A DNA stretch of 48,334 nt. It comes from a candidate division WWE3 bacterium UBA1379 (GTDB lineage: Bacteria > Patescibacteriota > WWE3 > UBA101185 > UBA10185). The notes beneath the pieces were generated by a model. That model did no database searches. It had not been told where the DNA came from and saw nothing but the letters and a program-made list of their open reading frames with translations. Position 1 is the stretch's first letter. Every line of letters starts with the position of its first letter. The stretch is from contig DBRB01000019.1 in assembly GCA_002305475.1 (NCBI GenBank), positions 1 through 48,334 of the forward strand, in the 5' to 3' direction. The translations under genes and the position numbers were made by a program. Of the stretch, positions 18,224-28,764 are shown piece after piece.

Positions 18224-18835
18224 TTACAAACCCAGTATATCCGAGCTTTTTTGCATGGCTTTCAAAGCTATATCTACAAACACCGGAATATCCATATTTA
18301 CCTTTTCTTCGCATTGTGTGATCTGAGATCTGTCAACCGCACGGGCAAATGCAGGCTGATCAAATCTTTTAATAACACTGTCCACTTTGACCTCTCCCAG
18401 TTTCTTATTCGGCATTACCAAAGCTACCGCAACAATAAATCCAGTCAGCTCATCACAGCATTCCAAAGTCCATTCCAGAAGGCTCTGAGGTTCTCTTATC
18501 CCGGTAATTTTTGCATTATGGGAGCTTAGGGCATTAAATACTTCCTCTTTTACCTCATATTCTTTCAACCACTCAAGTAATGTAACTACATGCTTAGTCC
18601 AATCATCTTTTGTTATTTCATAATCAGAATCATGTAGAAGACCAACCACTTCCCAATCATCAGCAGTAAGACTGCCAAGTTCATCCCCACGTCCCTGTTC
18701 TAAATAATATTCATAATATGCACGAAGAACTATTCCCACTGCATAACAATGACGCCTGAGATTTATATTTTGCATTTTTTCATGAAGAAGTTCTTTAGCA
18801 GTTTGCAGATCTAATACTTTTTTGATTTCAGTCAT
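18224..18835 (-). CDS. HD-superfamily (HDIG-like) hydrolase
   Basis: RHC...GLLHDSDYE...SH...DELTGF; lies next to lysS. Confidence 0.85.
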   Translation of the reverse strand: MTEIKKVLDLQTAKELLHEKMQNINLRRHCYAVGIVLRAYYEYYLEQGRGDELGSLTADDWEVVGLLHDSDYEITKDDWTKHVVTLLEWLKEYEVKEEVFNALSSHNAKITGIREPQSLLEWTLECCDELTGFIVAVALVMPNKKLGEVKVDSVIKRFDQPAFARAVDRSQITQCEEKVNMDIPVFVDIALKAMQKSSDILGL

Positions 18836-18883
18836 TGAACAATTCTACCTAATCAATAAAAGGAATCAATATCTAATAGGGGA

Positions 18884-20389
18884 TTAAAGTCCGTAAATTT
18901 CTCTTGAAGTTTCATCAATGCCATCATTTTTAAGCTGCGGGAAAGGAACACCTTCTCTAGCCGGTACATCCTCTAGGAACCAGAATACCCTTTCACTATG
19001 CCCATACCCAAAAGTAGGAGGCATTCCATATTCCAACATTTCCACATAATCAATATCCAGCCACTGAGCTTCCTTGTCTCCGGCATCTCTCATACTCTGC
19101 TGTTCTTTAAACCTGTCCAGCTGATCCAAAGGATCATTAATCTCCGACCACCCATTCCCCAGTTCAGAACCGGCAATTATCGGTTGGAAACGTTCTGTAA
19201 TATGAGGGAAATCCACCATAGCCTTGGATAGGGGAGAGAGATATTTGGGATGATTCAAAAGAAATGCAGGACCGGCAATGGTTTTTCTTAATAGTTTCCA
19301 AAGAGTATCCACTCCTCTTTGTACACTCATATTCTCATCCACTTTTTGTCTATTTTCTTTTAATAACCGGCTGACTTCCTCTACACTGGTGTTATGGACA
19401 TCCAGTCCGAATCGATCCTTCATGATTTGGGCAAAATCCAGTTCTTGCCAGGGTTTGGAAAAATCTACTTCAAATCCCCTGATCGCAAACAGCTTCTTTC
19501 CTCCATACACATTATCTAGAATATAAGCATAAAGATCCTTCACCAGCTGCATCCCCTCTTTATAATCAGCATATGCCCAGTAGAATTCCATGGCAATATG
19601 CTCTGGAAGATGTTCATCAGACAATCCCTCATTTCTGAAACGGGGACCTATTTCATATACTTTTTCGTAACCTCCGCCTATTAATCTTTTTAAATATAGT
19701 TCCTGGGAAATTCTCAAGTAGAAGTCCTGATCAATTGCTTCCATATGTGTTTTAAAGGGGTTCGCATCAGCACCTCCCGGTATCATTTCTAAAACAGGAA
19801 TATTCATTTCCAAAAATCCGTGTTTTTTGAAAAACTCGCGGTGGGCTTCCCAGAATTTTGCCCTTCGAATAAAGCGTTGATATACATCCTCATTTATATT
19901 CGTATCAAGATATCTTCTTCTTAATCGGGTTTCTTTATCTTTTAATCCATCCCACATATCGGGTAGGGGACGGAGAGTTTTGGAAAGAATACGAAGCTTA
20001 TACACTTCCACGGAAATTTCACCTCTTTGGGTTTTAGTAACTCTACCAGTAGCCTCAACAAAATCCCCCACATCAAGTAAGTGGAGATCTGAAAAGTTCA
20101 ATTCACTGTATTTATAATTGGCATCATGTAGATTCTGTTCCTTGATATATAGCTGTACTCTGCCTGAAGTATCTCTGATATCAATGAAAGTCACTTTACC
20201 GTGAGATCTGATTGCCATCGCCCGTCCTCCGACAACTACTTCTTTTCCATCTAATTCGTCAAAACGGGAGGTAACATCACCCACATTAGTATTTTTAAAT
20301 GATTTTGCAGGATAAGGGTCAATACCTAAGGAACGTAACTGTTCCAATTTATCTAACCTTACATCCCTTAATTCCCTCAGAGTAGACAT
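18884..20389 (-). CDS. lysS: Lysine--tRNA ligase (class II)
   Basis: OB anticodon-binding domain, RRRYLD, GGADANPF, YLRISQELYLKRL, FRNEG, GMPPTFGYG. Confidence 0.98.
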   Translation of the reverse strand: MSTLRELRDVRLDKLEQLRSLGIDPYPAKSFKNTNVGDVTSRFDELDGKEVVVGGRAMAIRSHGKVTFIDIRDTSGRVQLYIKEQNLHDANYKYSELNFSDLHLLDVGDFVEATGRVTKTQRGEISVEVYKLRILSKTLRPLPDMWDGLKDKETRLRRRYLDTNINEDVYQRFIRRAKFWEAHREFFKKHGFLEMNIPVLEMIPGGADANPFKTHMEAIDQDFYLRISQELYLKRLIGGGYEKVYEIGPRFRNEGLSDEHLPEHIAMEFYWAYADYKEGMQLVKDLYAYILDNVYGGKKLFAIRGFEVDFSKPWQELDFAQIMKDRFGLDVHNTSVEEVSRLLKENRQKVDENMSVQRGVDTLWKLLRKTIAGPAFLLNHPKYLSPLSKAMVDFPHITERFQPIIAGSELGNGWSEINDPLDQLDRFKEQQSMRDAGDKEAQWLDIDYVEMLEYGMPPTFGYGHSERVFWFLEDVPAREGVPFPQLKNDGIDETSREIYGL

Positions 20390-20404
20390 ATTAAAAGTAT
20401 AACA

Positions 20405-20881
20405 CTACTCGATTTTAAGGATAGTGTAAGTTAGCTTTCCTACAGGAGCTTCAACCTCAATCTTTTCTCCGATTTTCTTACCTAGTAAAGTTGAACCTAA
20501 AGGTGATTCATGGGATATCTTTTTCTCAATCGGATTGGCTTCATAAGCACCGACTATATGGAAGGTTTCCTCGTCACCGTCAATATGAACGGTCACTTTG
20601 GATCCAACTACTACTTTATCACCGGCTGCTTTATCGGTAACCTTTGCGTTTTTAATAATATCTTCAAGCTCACTGATACGTCCTTCTACGAAGGACTGTT
20701 CTTGTCTGGCTGAATCATACTCAGCATTTTCTGAAATATCACCCATTTCGCGAGCCGCTTTTATACGGTTCGCAACTTCAGGCCTTTTAACCTCTACCAG
20801 ATTTTTCAGTTCCTGCTGGAGTTTTTCCAGACCTTCTTTTGTTAGATATATTGTGTCTGTGTTAGTACTCATTTTGCTCAT
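20405..20881 (-). CDS. greA: Transcription elongation factor GreA
   Basis: AREMGDISENAEY, ISHESPLG; alternative start at 20872. Confidence 0.97.
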   Translation of the reverse strand: MSKMSTNTDTIYLTKEGLEKLQQELKNLVEVKRPEVANRIKAAREMGDISENAEYDSARQEQSFVEGRISELEDIIKNAKVTDKAAGDKVVVGSKVTVHIDGDEETFHIVGAYEANPIEKKISHESPLGSTLLGKKIGEKIEVEAPVGKLTYTILKIE

Positions 20882-20883
20882 CG

Positions 20884-20917
20884 AAAAAAAAGACCCCTAA
20901 CATCTTTAGTGCGGGGT
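20884..20917 (-). terminator. Terminator-like hairpin in the greA leader (attenuator candidate)
   Basis: ACCCC...GGGGT stem followed by C and 8 T, directly before the start codon. Confidence 0.55.
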
Positions 20918-20935
20918 GAACTAAGTACGTGTAGT

Positions 20936-20964
20936 ATTGTAGCATTGAGTATAGGAAATGTCAA
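20936..20964 (-). promoter_or_regulatory. Near-consensus sigma70 promoter of greA
   Basis: TTGACA-17nt-TACAAT with an extended TG. Confidence 0.8.
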
Positions 20965-21032
20965 AGAGGTCACAATAGAGAAAGCCCGTCATTACAATAA
21001 AAAACGCAATTTACTACAGGTCTTGGTTAATC

Positions 21033-22556
21033 CTATTCAGGCATTATCTGAAGGACTTTAGCAAAGAATATTTTCCCACCAATTACATAATCAAACGATC
21101 TGATTTCTTTCAGATAGGGGCGGCTGGATATATCAAGTGTCATGTCAGTGTTATGTTCATTGGTCATCAGAAGATAGTCAAACCCAAGCTCCGTCAGATT
21201 ATCAAGATTTAAATCTGCTTTTTTAGAGTAGGGGAAAAACACACCACGAATATTTGAATTATTTTTTTTCTCATTTAAATACCAGTCGGATACACTACTG
21301 ACATCGTTATACCCAACCACTCCGGAAAGATTTTCAGATACATACTCAGCTCCGTTTTTTATAGCTTTAAAATTATCTTTATGCAGCCATACTGTAGACA
21401 GAGTCCAGATCAGCATAGAGATAGCGGATAAAACCAAAAAATATTTTAAGTTTTTAATATAAAGAAAGTAGAGGATTACCAGTTGTAAGAAAATAACTAC
21501 TGCAAACAACGGTTTACTTAAAATTAAAAATTGTAATTTCAAAAAATACTGAGATACAGCATACAACACAATTAACGTCGTTAAACCTAATAGGGGAGTG
21601 AAACCTATTTTTTTACCGCTTTCAAAATATGTCTGAATTGAACCAACCATTATGATAATTAAAAAAGGAATTACCGAAACAAACAGCCTAGGAACAGCAG
21701 CAGGCCAGAACAAAATTAACGCAAGCTCCAATAATAAAAATATGGCAACCGGCAGATGGTCTTTCATCCACTGCCCTACTCTTCTGATATCAAAAAATAC
21801 AAAAAATAAGGGAGAGGTGATACCAAATAGATAAATCAATGAGATGATATACGTCATAAACATTTTCACATCATGTGTTCTTCCTGACGGTTCCTCAAAG
21901 TAACTGGATGTAAGAGGATTTCTCCATAAAAGATAAGGAACAATGAATATCGAGAAACCCATTATATACTTGATCAGATTTCCAATATCGTCCCTCATTT
22001 CGTCAGTCTTAGGTAATATAAAGTGAATCACCATTGCCAATCCTAATGAACTAAGTAAAAGATATCCTTCAAATCTGGTTAATACCGAAAGTCCTACAAT
22101 AACACCTGATAAAATGAAATTCTTTTTGTAAAAGAACAGAAATGCCAGCATAACCAGTAATGAGAAAGGTACATCGGCATATATTCTTAATGCCCAGTAA
22201 AAGTAAACGGGATTTAAGGCAAAAAATAGTAGAGCTATATTTTTGTATTTTTCATCCTTGATAAAAAGATCAATTAGCTTTTTAAAAACAATAAACGCAG
22301 CAATACTAATTCCAAACATCATAATTCTTCCCCAAAGAATCTGGTCAACAAATGATGGTCTGATGGCAAGGAGTGCAGAAAATAGTGGAGGTCTTTTTTC
22401 ATCCGAAGGATAAGTAAATTCTCTTATATATTCAGATGCCCGAAGGATACGATAACTATCCCCCCATTCGGCAGTATTGATACTTAACAAAGCCGAATGC
22501 AGAAGAATATATATTGCAAATATAATTAAAGAATAGTTTTTAAAAATTTTTTTCAT
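21033..22556 (-). CDS. GT-C membrane glycosyltransferase (ArnT/PMT-like)
   Basis: WGDS, KRPPLF, NP..YADVP, LTRFEG; many TM helices. Confidence 0.75.
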   Translation of the reverse strand: MKKIFKNYSLIIFAIYILLHSALLSINTAEWGDSYRILRASEYIREFTYPSDEKRPPLFSALLAIRPSFVDQILWGRIMMFGISIAAFIVFKKLIDLFIKDEKYKNIALLFFALNPVYFYWALRIYADVPFSLLVMLAFLFFYKKNFILSGVIVGLSVLTRFEGYLLLSSLGLAMVIHFILPKTDEMRDDIGNLIKYIMGFSIFIVPYLLWRNPLTSSYFEEPSGRTHDVKMFMTYIISLIYLFGITSPLFFVFFDIRRVGQWMKDHLPVAIFLLLELALILFWPAAVPRLFVSVIPFLIIIMVGSIQTYFESGKKIGFTPLLGLTTLIVLYAVSQYFLKLQFLILSKPLFAVVIFLQLVILYFLYIKNLKYFLVLSAISMLIWTLSTVWLHKDNFKAIKNGAEYVSENLSGVVGYNDVSSVSDWYLNEKKNNSNIRGVFFPYSKKADLNLDNLTELGFDYLLMTNEHNTDMTLDISSRPYLKEIRSFDYVIGGKIFFAKVLQIMPE

Positions 22557-22743
22557 AAAATCATAACGCGGAATACTTTTTACAAGGTCGTTCTTAACTA
22601 TTCTATCAGTTGTTCACCTGCCCAATGAAGAATGAAATATTTGGTTCTTTTTTATTATTAACATTTGCATATTTCTCCAACAATGACACTATTTCTTGTC
22701 CTCAACCGTTATGTGTGTATTTTACATAAAAACATCTTACTTC

Positions 22744-23874
22744 TTATAACGAGTTGAAAACTTTTCTTATCGTATTTGCAGACATTTCCCAGGAATATTT
22801 TTCTGCATGTTCTTTAGCTTTTTTAGTCATTTCTTCCGGGTAACCATTAACTATAAATGTGGTTAGAGATTCACTTATGTTATTCATATCCATAGGATTA
22901 AAGTATCTAATAAACTCACAACCCATCTCCTTAAAAGCTCTGATATCAGATACAAGACAAGGAATTTCACTAGCCATAGCTTCCAGTAAGGGAAGTCCAA
23001 AGCCCTCATCCAGCGAGGAACTGACAAAGGCATATGCTTTGGAATATAGTACTGGTAAATCCTCATCCGATACTCTGCCCAGAAACCTTACCTTTTCTTC
23101 CACCCCAAATTTTTTCGGAGCTTCAAGTGACTCTTCATAATCCCAACCTTTCTTACCTACTACCACCAATATTAAATCTTCCTTCTGATTTTCAGTTAAT
23201 TTATTCAATGTATGACTGAAAGCTTCAACTAATTTCGGAAGATTCTTCCTGGGTTGAATGGTAGAGACAAAAAGGAAATATTTTTTTCCCTCCAGTTCAT
23301 AATATTTGATAATGGGATTCGTCTGTTCATCAGATCTTTTATGAAAATCACTATTCACCCCTTCCGGCACAATCATAATCTTTTTATCAGGTACACCCCA
23401 CCCTTTTTCAAGGATTGCAGATTTTGTTGCTTCAGACGGAACAATCACTACATCCGAATATTTTGCTACATACCATTCATGTTTCCCTTTTAATAATGAA
23501 TTAATTAGCCCAGTGTATTTATTAAACGGGTATTCCAAACCGTGGATCATGGACACAATTTTTGTATTTGGTAAGTGAATAATAGGTATCGTATGTACCG
23601 TGGTAAAAAACACATCAACCGGATTTTTAATCAATTCAAATGCCAGATCCGTCTGAGTCCATAGAAGTCTCTTTTTGACTACTTTGTATGTGAAATTTGG
23701 GTTATTTCCTGACAGATAATCCCAAAATTTCGAATCAGGTTCACTTGGAAAATAGACTACATAAGTATTTTCCTGATCTACTTTTGAGAGTGCACGGATA
23801 ATATTGAATGTATATTTTTCAGGACCAGCCGGGTTAGGATCAAGAAGATTTTTCCCATTTATGCCTATTTTCAT
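22744..23874 (-). CDS. Glycosyltransferase family 4
   Basis: STIQPRKN, EGFGLPLLEAM (EX7E). Confidence 0.93.
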   Translation of the reverse strand: MKIGINGKNLLDPNPAGPEKYTFNIIRALSKVDQENTYVVYFPSEPDSKFWDYLSGNNPNFTYKVVKKRLLWTQTDLAFELIKNPVDVFFTTVHTIPIIHLPNTKIVSMIHGLEYPFNKYTGLINSLLKGKHEWYVAKYSDVVIVPSEATKSAILEKGWGVPDKKIMIVPEGVNSDFHKRSDEQTNPIIKYYELEGKKYFLFVSTIQPRKNLPKLVEAFSHTLNKLTENQKEDLILVVVGKKGWDYEESLEAPKKFGVEEKVRFLGRVSDEDLPVLYSKAYAFVSSSLDEGFGLPLLEAMASEIPCLVSDIRAFKEMGCEFIRYFNPMDMNNISESLTTFIVNGYPEEMTKKAKEHAEKYSWEMSANTIRKVFNSL

Positions 23875-23910
23875 AGGCTTATTGTACTATATAACTGCTA
23901 TAATTCATTC

Positions 23911-25056
23911 ATGGCAAACATCGGAATAGATGCCAGGTTCTACGGTGAAGCAGGACCGGGAAGATACACCAAAGCAATAATTCAGCATCTAGAAAAAATT
24001 GATCATAAGAACCAATACTACATTTTTCTCCGTAAAAAGGGCTTCGAACAATTTGAACTAGAAAACCCACATTTTAAGAAAGTACTTGCCGATTATCAAT
24101 GGTATTCTTTTTTGGAACAGACCATATTTTTGGCGAAATTATTAAGATATAAACTGGATCTTTTCTATGTTCCCCATTTTAATATCCCGATACTCTATCC
24201 AAAAACACTAATCACTGCCATTCCGGATTTGATCATGCATACTTTCAGTACTGAAAAAGGCACTACACTTCCCAAACCTTATTTCAGATTAAAAAAGGCA
24301 GTTTATAAGGCTGTGTTCAAGTGGGCAGTGATACGATCAAAAAAGATTATTGTCCCCTCAAAGGCTGTGATTGGCGATTTTCAAAAGGTTTATCCCAATA
24401 TTCCAACCTCCAAGTATGTTTTGGCATATGAAGGAGTAGATCCAGATCTAATGAAGCTTCATGAAGAAACTAAACCGCAGGAAGTACTTGATAAACTTCA
24501 AATAAAAACACCATATCTTCTGTATATCGGAAGTGCATATGAACATAAAAATCTTTATCGTTTAGTTGATGCCTTTAAACTACTAAAAGAAGAATACAGA
24601 TATGAAGGAAGCTTAGTTATTGCCGGAAAAAAAGACAGATTTGCCCAAACCCTTCATCAATACATCATAGATCAGAATCTCTCCCAATATATCAGAATGC
24701 CGGGACTTACTGCCTATGTAACAGATCAGGAAATCATTGTCTTAAGAACACAGGCTCAGCTATATATCTTTCCATCATTAAAGGAAGGGTTTAGCCTTAC
24801 TCCAATGGAAGCACAAGCGGTAAGTCTTCCTGCAATTATCTCCGATATCCCAATTCATAGGGAAATATATCAGGATTCTGTTGAATATTTTGATCCTACG
24901 GACACAAATGATATTGCCGAAACCATCAATGAAGTATTACACAATGAAACACTTCAAAGGGAGCTTATTGAGAAGGGATGTAAGAACATCAGCAGATATG
25001 ACTGGAATACTACCGCAGAAATCACTCTAAAAGTATTCAAGGAAATCCTTAGTTAA
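23911..25056 (+). CDS. Glycosyltransferase family 4
   Basis: GIDARF, HKN, EGFSLTPMEA. Confidence 0.93.
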   Translation: MANIGIDARFYGEAGPGRYTKAIIQHLEKIDHKNQYYIFLRKKGFEQFELENPHFKKVLADYQWYSFLEQTIFLAKLLRYKLDLFYVPHFNIPILYPKTLITAIPDLIMHTFSTEKGTTLPKPYFRLKKAVYKAVFKWAVIRSKKIIVPSKAVIGDFQKVYPNIPTSKYVLAYEGVDPDLMKLHEETKPQEVLDKLQIKTPYLLYIGSAYEHKNLYRLVDAFKLLKEEYRYEGSLVIAGKKDRFAQTLHQYIIDQNLSQYIRMPGLTAYVTDQEIIVLRTQAQLYIFPSLKEGFSLTPMEAQAVSLPAIISDIPIHREIYQDSVEYFDPTDTNDIAETINEVLHNETLQRELIEKGCKNISRYDWNTTAEITLKVFKEILS

Positions 25057-26254
25057 TCTTTCCTAATATATTTTGATACACGGCTTCAACCTGTTTAGCT
25101 TTGGTTTCCCAAGAAAAATGAAAGTGTATGAAGTCCGTATCCGCTTCAACCGGAGTAGGACTCTCGACTATCTCTCTGATCTGTTTGGCAATATTTTCTG
25201 GTTCAAGATTATCTAGATAATACAGTCCTTTTATTTCATCCCTTGCCTTAAATCCTGATACCAAAGCCGGTACACCGCAGGAAAGGCTCTGCATTACCAC
25301 TTTAGGAAAACCCTCATAACTGGATGGAAGAACAAATAAATCAGCTGACTGAAAAGATATGGGACTGATAGGATAGGGAGTATAACCTGCTCTGATTACC
25401 CTACTTTCCAGATTGTTGACTTTGATTGTATCTTCGATTTTTCTTAGATATTCAATATCGCCCGGCCCGACTAGCAGAAGTTTATATACCGGAGGAAGAA
25501 ATTTCACTGCTTCAATTAATAAATGAACATTCTTCCTTTCCACCATCACACCGTGATTCAAAATCACCTTATCCAGTGGATCTAAACTTAAATCCCGTCT
25601 GGTCTTTTCAAACTCTTCCTGACCCACCCGTTTAAATAAATGTGTATTCACACCTGTTTCAACAACAAAACATTTAGCAGGGTCAGCTCCGTAAAACTTT
25701 ATAGCATCCTGTCTGTTATCCTCACTGACAAAGATGCAGGCTGATGCAGTCTTTACCGCAAGTTTGTCGGACAAACGGGCAAGCGGCCAGTCAAGATACT
25801 TAGATACCGGTTTTACATCGATTTCTTTTTCCTTGGCGGCTTCCCAACGACCGGCAACCGTATTGTGGAAATGCACAATTAGAGGGGTTTTTAATTCGGT
25901 TGACCAGGGCCAAATTTTACTTAAGAGAAATCTATATAAATAAATCCAGATCCCGAAGTGACCGTGAGAGTGAATCAGATCTACTGTGTTTTTATCATCA
26001 TCCCGAAAGAAAAGATATTTCCAAAACATCAGGAATGCCGTGGTCAGCATCATAGTCCCCGGAAGTGGTGCCCTCATGAAACTGATTACCTCAGTATTGG
26101 CGGGCTGTTCCACTTGTCCGGATTTTGGCCATCTTCCACAAAAAATAGTGAACTTATGACCGAGTTTAGTCTGAGCAACAGTTAATTCATAAGGATGTGG
26201 AGCTAATCCCTGCCAGGGCGGAGGCCAGTCATAAATTATTCTTAATATTTTCAT
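25049..26254 (-). CDS. Glycosyltransferase family 4
   Basis: ERKN, LPSSYEGFPKVVMQS; the second Glu of EX7E is replaced by Gln. Confidence 0.9.
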   Translation of the reverse strand: MKILRIIYDWPPPWQGLAPHPYELTVAQTKLGHKFTIFCGRWPKSGQVEQPANTEVISFMRAPLPGTMMLTTAFLMFWKYLFFRDDDKNTVDLIHSHGHFGIWIYLYRFLLSKIWPWSTELKTPLIVHFHNTVAGRWEAAKEKEIDVKPVSKYLDWPLARLSDKLAVKTASACIFVSEDNRQDAIKFYGADPAKCFVVETGVNTHLFKRVGQEEFEKTRRDLSLDPLDKVILNHGVMVERKNVHLLIEAVKFLPPVYKLLLVGPGDIEYLRKIEDTIKVNNLESRVIRAGYTPYPISPISFQSADLFVLPSSYEGFPKVVMQSLSCGVPALVSGFKARDEIKGLYYLDNLEPENIAKQIREIVESPTPVEADTDFIHFHFSWETKAKQVEAVYQNILGKIN

Positions 26255-27435
26255 GAAATTAATCCTTTCATAACCTGTTCGTACTTATCTAGCATTACAT
26301 CAGCAGTAAACTCGTTTAGCGCTTTTATTTTACCACTCCTACCCATATTGATACGAAGGTTTTTATCTTTTATTAAAGATAAAAGCTTGTTCTTAAGAGA
26401 TTCAATATTACCCGGGTTGATCAGATAACCTGTGTTTTCGTCTTCTACCGCATCTGCCACCCCACCAATATCTGCAGCTACAATCGCCAGTTCGGCAAAC
26501 ATTGCTTCTACCAAAGTCATGGGAAATCCCTCCACTCGTTTTGTCGGTAATACATATACATCTGCATTAAAAAGCCTTTGCATCACTTCTTCATGAGATA
26601 CTTTTCCCTGATAGATTATTTTATCGCTTAAGCCTAGATTTGAAGTGTAGGTTTTTAATTCATCCAGATCTTCCCCGTCTCCGATCACATCTAAAAGCCA
26701 GTTTTCATCTTTAATCTGTGCTAATGCATCAGCCAGATCAAACAAACCTTTTGATTTAACTACCCTTCCGGTATAGATTAATCGGACAGGACCAAAAGAC
26801 TCTGATCTTGTAACACCCTGATATACTTCCAGATTGATACCGTTATGAATAACTTCTATTTTCTGCTGCGGAGCAAAAGTTTCATCTATAATCTGAGCTT
26901 TAACTGCATTAGATACTGCTACCACACAATCCGCGTGCAAAATATAATCTCTCTGCCTTCCAAAATATTGTCTTATTGAATACTGAAGATTACGCAATGC
27001 CCAATACAAATCCTTCAAATTTCTGATATTGGCAAAATGGGTCTGAAGTTCACCACCTGTAGTGCCATGAGCAATGGATATCACCTTTACCCCCAGATTT
27101 TCCTTGTTTTTAATAATTCCTATTCCTCCCGTACTTTGACTAATCACCAGATCAAAAGAACTTTCAGATTGATATTTTGTGAATACTTTTATGGATTTTC
27201 TTTCCCAGCTATTGGAATTTAAAGATGATAGAAAATAACGATATGATGCAGGTATAAACACATATGTTATTCCATTCTGATTTTCCTCCCCCGGTGGATG
27301 CTCTTTACAGGGAGTAAATACCGTAACTGCATGCCCTCTTTTCACAAGGCCTTCACATAATACCTTATTCTGTGTTTCCAAACCACCATAACTGGCATGT
27401 AAAGTTGTAGATTTTATAAATACGGCTATTTTCAC
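26251..27435 (-). CDS. Glycosyltransferase family 4
   Basis: YGGLE, HNGI, GRVVKSKG, EGFPMTLVEAM; GTG start. Confidence 0.93.
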   Translation of the reverse strand: MKIAVFIKSTTLHASYGGLETQNKVLCEGLVKRGHAVTVFTPCKEHPPGEENQNGITYVFIPASYRYFLSSLNSNSWERKSIKVFTKYQSESSFDLVISQSTGGIGIIKNKENLGVKVISIAHGTTGGELQTHFANIRNLKDLYWALRNLQYSIRQYFGRQRDYILHADCVVAVSNAVKAQIIDETFAPQQKIEVIHNGINLEVYQGVTRSESFGPVRLIYTGRVVKSKGLFDLADALAQIKDENWLLDVIGDGEDLDELKTYTSNLGLSDKIIYQGKVSHEEVMQRLFNADVYVLPTKRVEGFPMTLVEAMFAELAIVAADIGGVADAVEDENTGYLINPGNIESLKNKLLSLIKDKNLRINMGRSGKIKALNEFTADVMLDKYEQVMKGLIS

Positions 27436-27497
27436 TATGTTAATTGTAATTTATAAGGCAAAAAGAGTCATTAGCCTATAGATAGTAAAGAACTAGC

Positions 27498-28709
27498 TTA
27501 AATCAGGAGTAATCCCTGCAGAGTTTCAATGTTTTTTTCCAAATCAAACATCTCCATAGCTTTAATTCTGCAAGCATTGCTTAACTTTATCCCAAATTCA
27601 GGATGATCAATCAATTTCCTGATTTGTACAGCCAGCATTTCCGGATCCCTCTGAGGTACCAATAAACCGGTTTCATCATGAGTTATTAGATCTTTAATAC
27701 CACCGGCATCGGTAGTAACAATAGGAAGACTGGCTAAAGCTGCCTCCACAATCACATTAGGCACACCGTCACTGTCCCCCACACCTGTATCAATAGAGGG
27801 AAGTACAAACATATCAGCTTTATGATAATAGGAAATCAGCTCCGAATGGGGTATTCCTTTCCCTTCTCCTTCAATATACACAAAATCAGAAAGAGAGTTT
27901 TCATCAATGAGACATTTTAATTCTCCATATAAATCACCCGATGCACCTACAATATGAATTTCATGATTTACATTCTGATCTTTGAGTAACTTAGATGCTT
28001 CAATCAGATATCTGAAACCTTTTTTTTCTACGAGTCGTCCAATAGATAATATATATGTTTTCTCAGGGTTTAAGATTTTCTTTTCTTTCCTAACCAGTTT
28101 TGAGCTATCCACCCCATGATAATTCAGTTTAATTCTGTGTGATGTATTTTCATCAGCATATTCGAGACACTTATTATAAGCAGCAGTATTGCAAAGAGTA
28201 ACAAATTTTGCTCTGTTTACCTTTTCTTTGATATGTGTACCGGTAATAAAAACATCCCGGGCATGCCCCGAAATACTAAAAGGAATATTCAAAATAACGG
28301 ATGCAATTAGCACTATTGTTGAAGGATCGGACATAAAATGCACGTGAATATGATCGGGTGCAAATTCTTCAATAATTCTGGTATACCCTATTGCTTTGAT
28401 AAAAAGGTATAAATCCTTAAGATTTATAGGTTTTACAATCCTAAAAGATTCCAGAATACGGTCAGATTTTCCCAGAATATATATTAATGATTTCAGAAAA
28501 GTCATCCAGTCTAAACGAGTATAAGAGGTAGAGGATAAAACTGCATCACTAGTTTCACCTGAAGCTTTCTGTAAAGAAAAAATTCTCACATCCATATTAT
28601 CCAGTTCAATCAGTTTCGAAACTTCTCTTTCAATAAATGTTTCCGTCAATCGGGGAAATTCCGGAATAAAATACAATATGCGTTTTTTCCTGATCTTTGT
28701 ATTTTCCAT
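27498..28709 (-). CDS. Glycosyltransferase family 4 (WcaL-like)
   Basis: FPRLTETFI, HIHVHF, GRLVEKKG, DGVPNVIVEA. Confidence 0.9.
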   Translation of the reverse strand: MENTKIRKKRILYFIPEFPRLTETFIEREVSKLIELDNMDVRIFSLQKASGETSDAVLSSTSYTRLDWMTFLKSLIYILGKSDRILESFRIVKPINLKDLYLFIKAIGYTRIIEEFAPDHIHVHFMSDPSTIVLIASVILNIPFSISGHARDVFITGTHIKEKVNRAKFVTLCNTAAYNKCLEYADENTSHRIKLNYHGVDSSKLVRKEKKILNPEKTYILSIGRLVEKKGFRYLIEASKLLKDQNVNHEIHIVGASGDLYGELKCLIDENSLSDFVYIEGEGKGIPHSELISYYHKADMFVLPSIDTGVGDSDGVPNVIVEAALASLPIVTTDAGGIKDLITHDETGLLVPQRDPEMLAVQIRKLIDHPEFGIKLSNACRIKAMEMFDLEKNIETLQGLLLI

Positions 28710-28764
28710 GATAATAGATAGATTATACACTTACAAAAAAGTTATATGAGACCAATAGATGTTT

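Noticed and set aside
18173-19526. + strand ORFs 18173-18529, 18998-19231 and 19278-19526
   Set aside because: Antisense to the well-supported HD hydrolase and lysS; no motifs.
22557-22743. Possible gene remnant or ncRNA between the GT-C and GT4 genes
   Set aside because: No convincing ORF, motif or stable structure seen.
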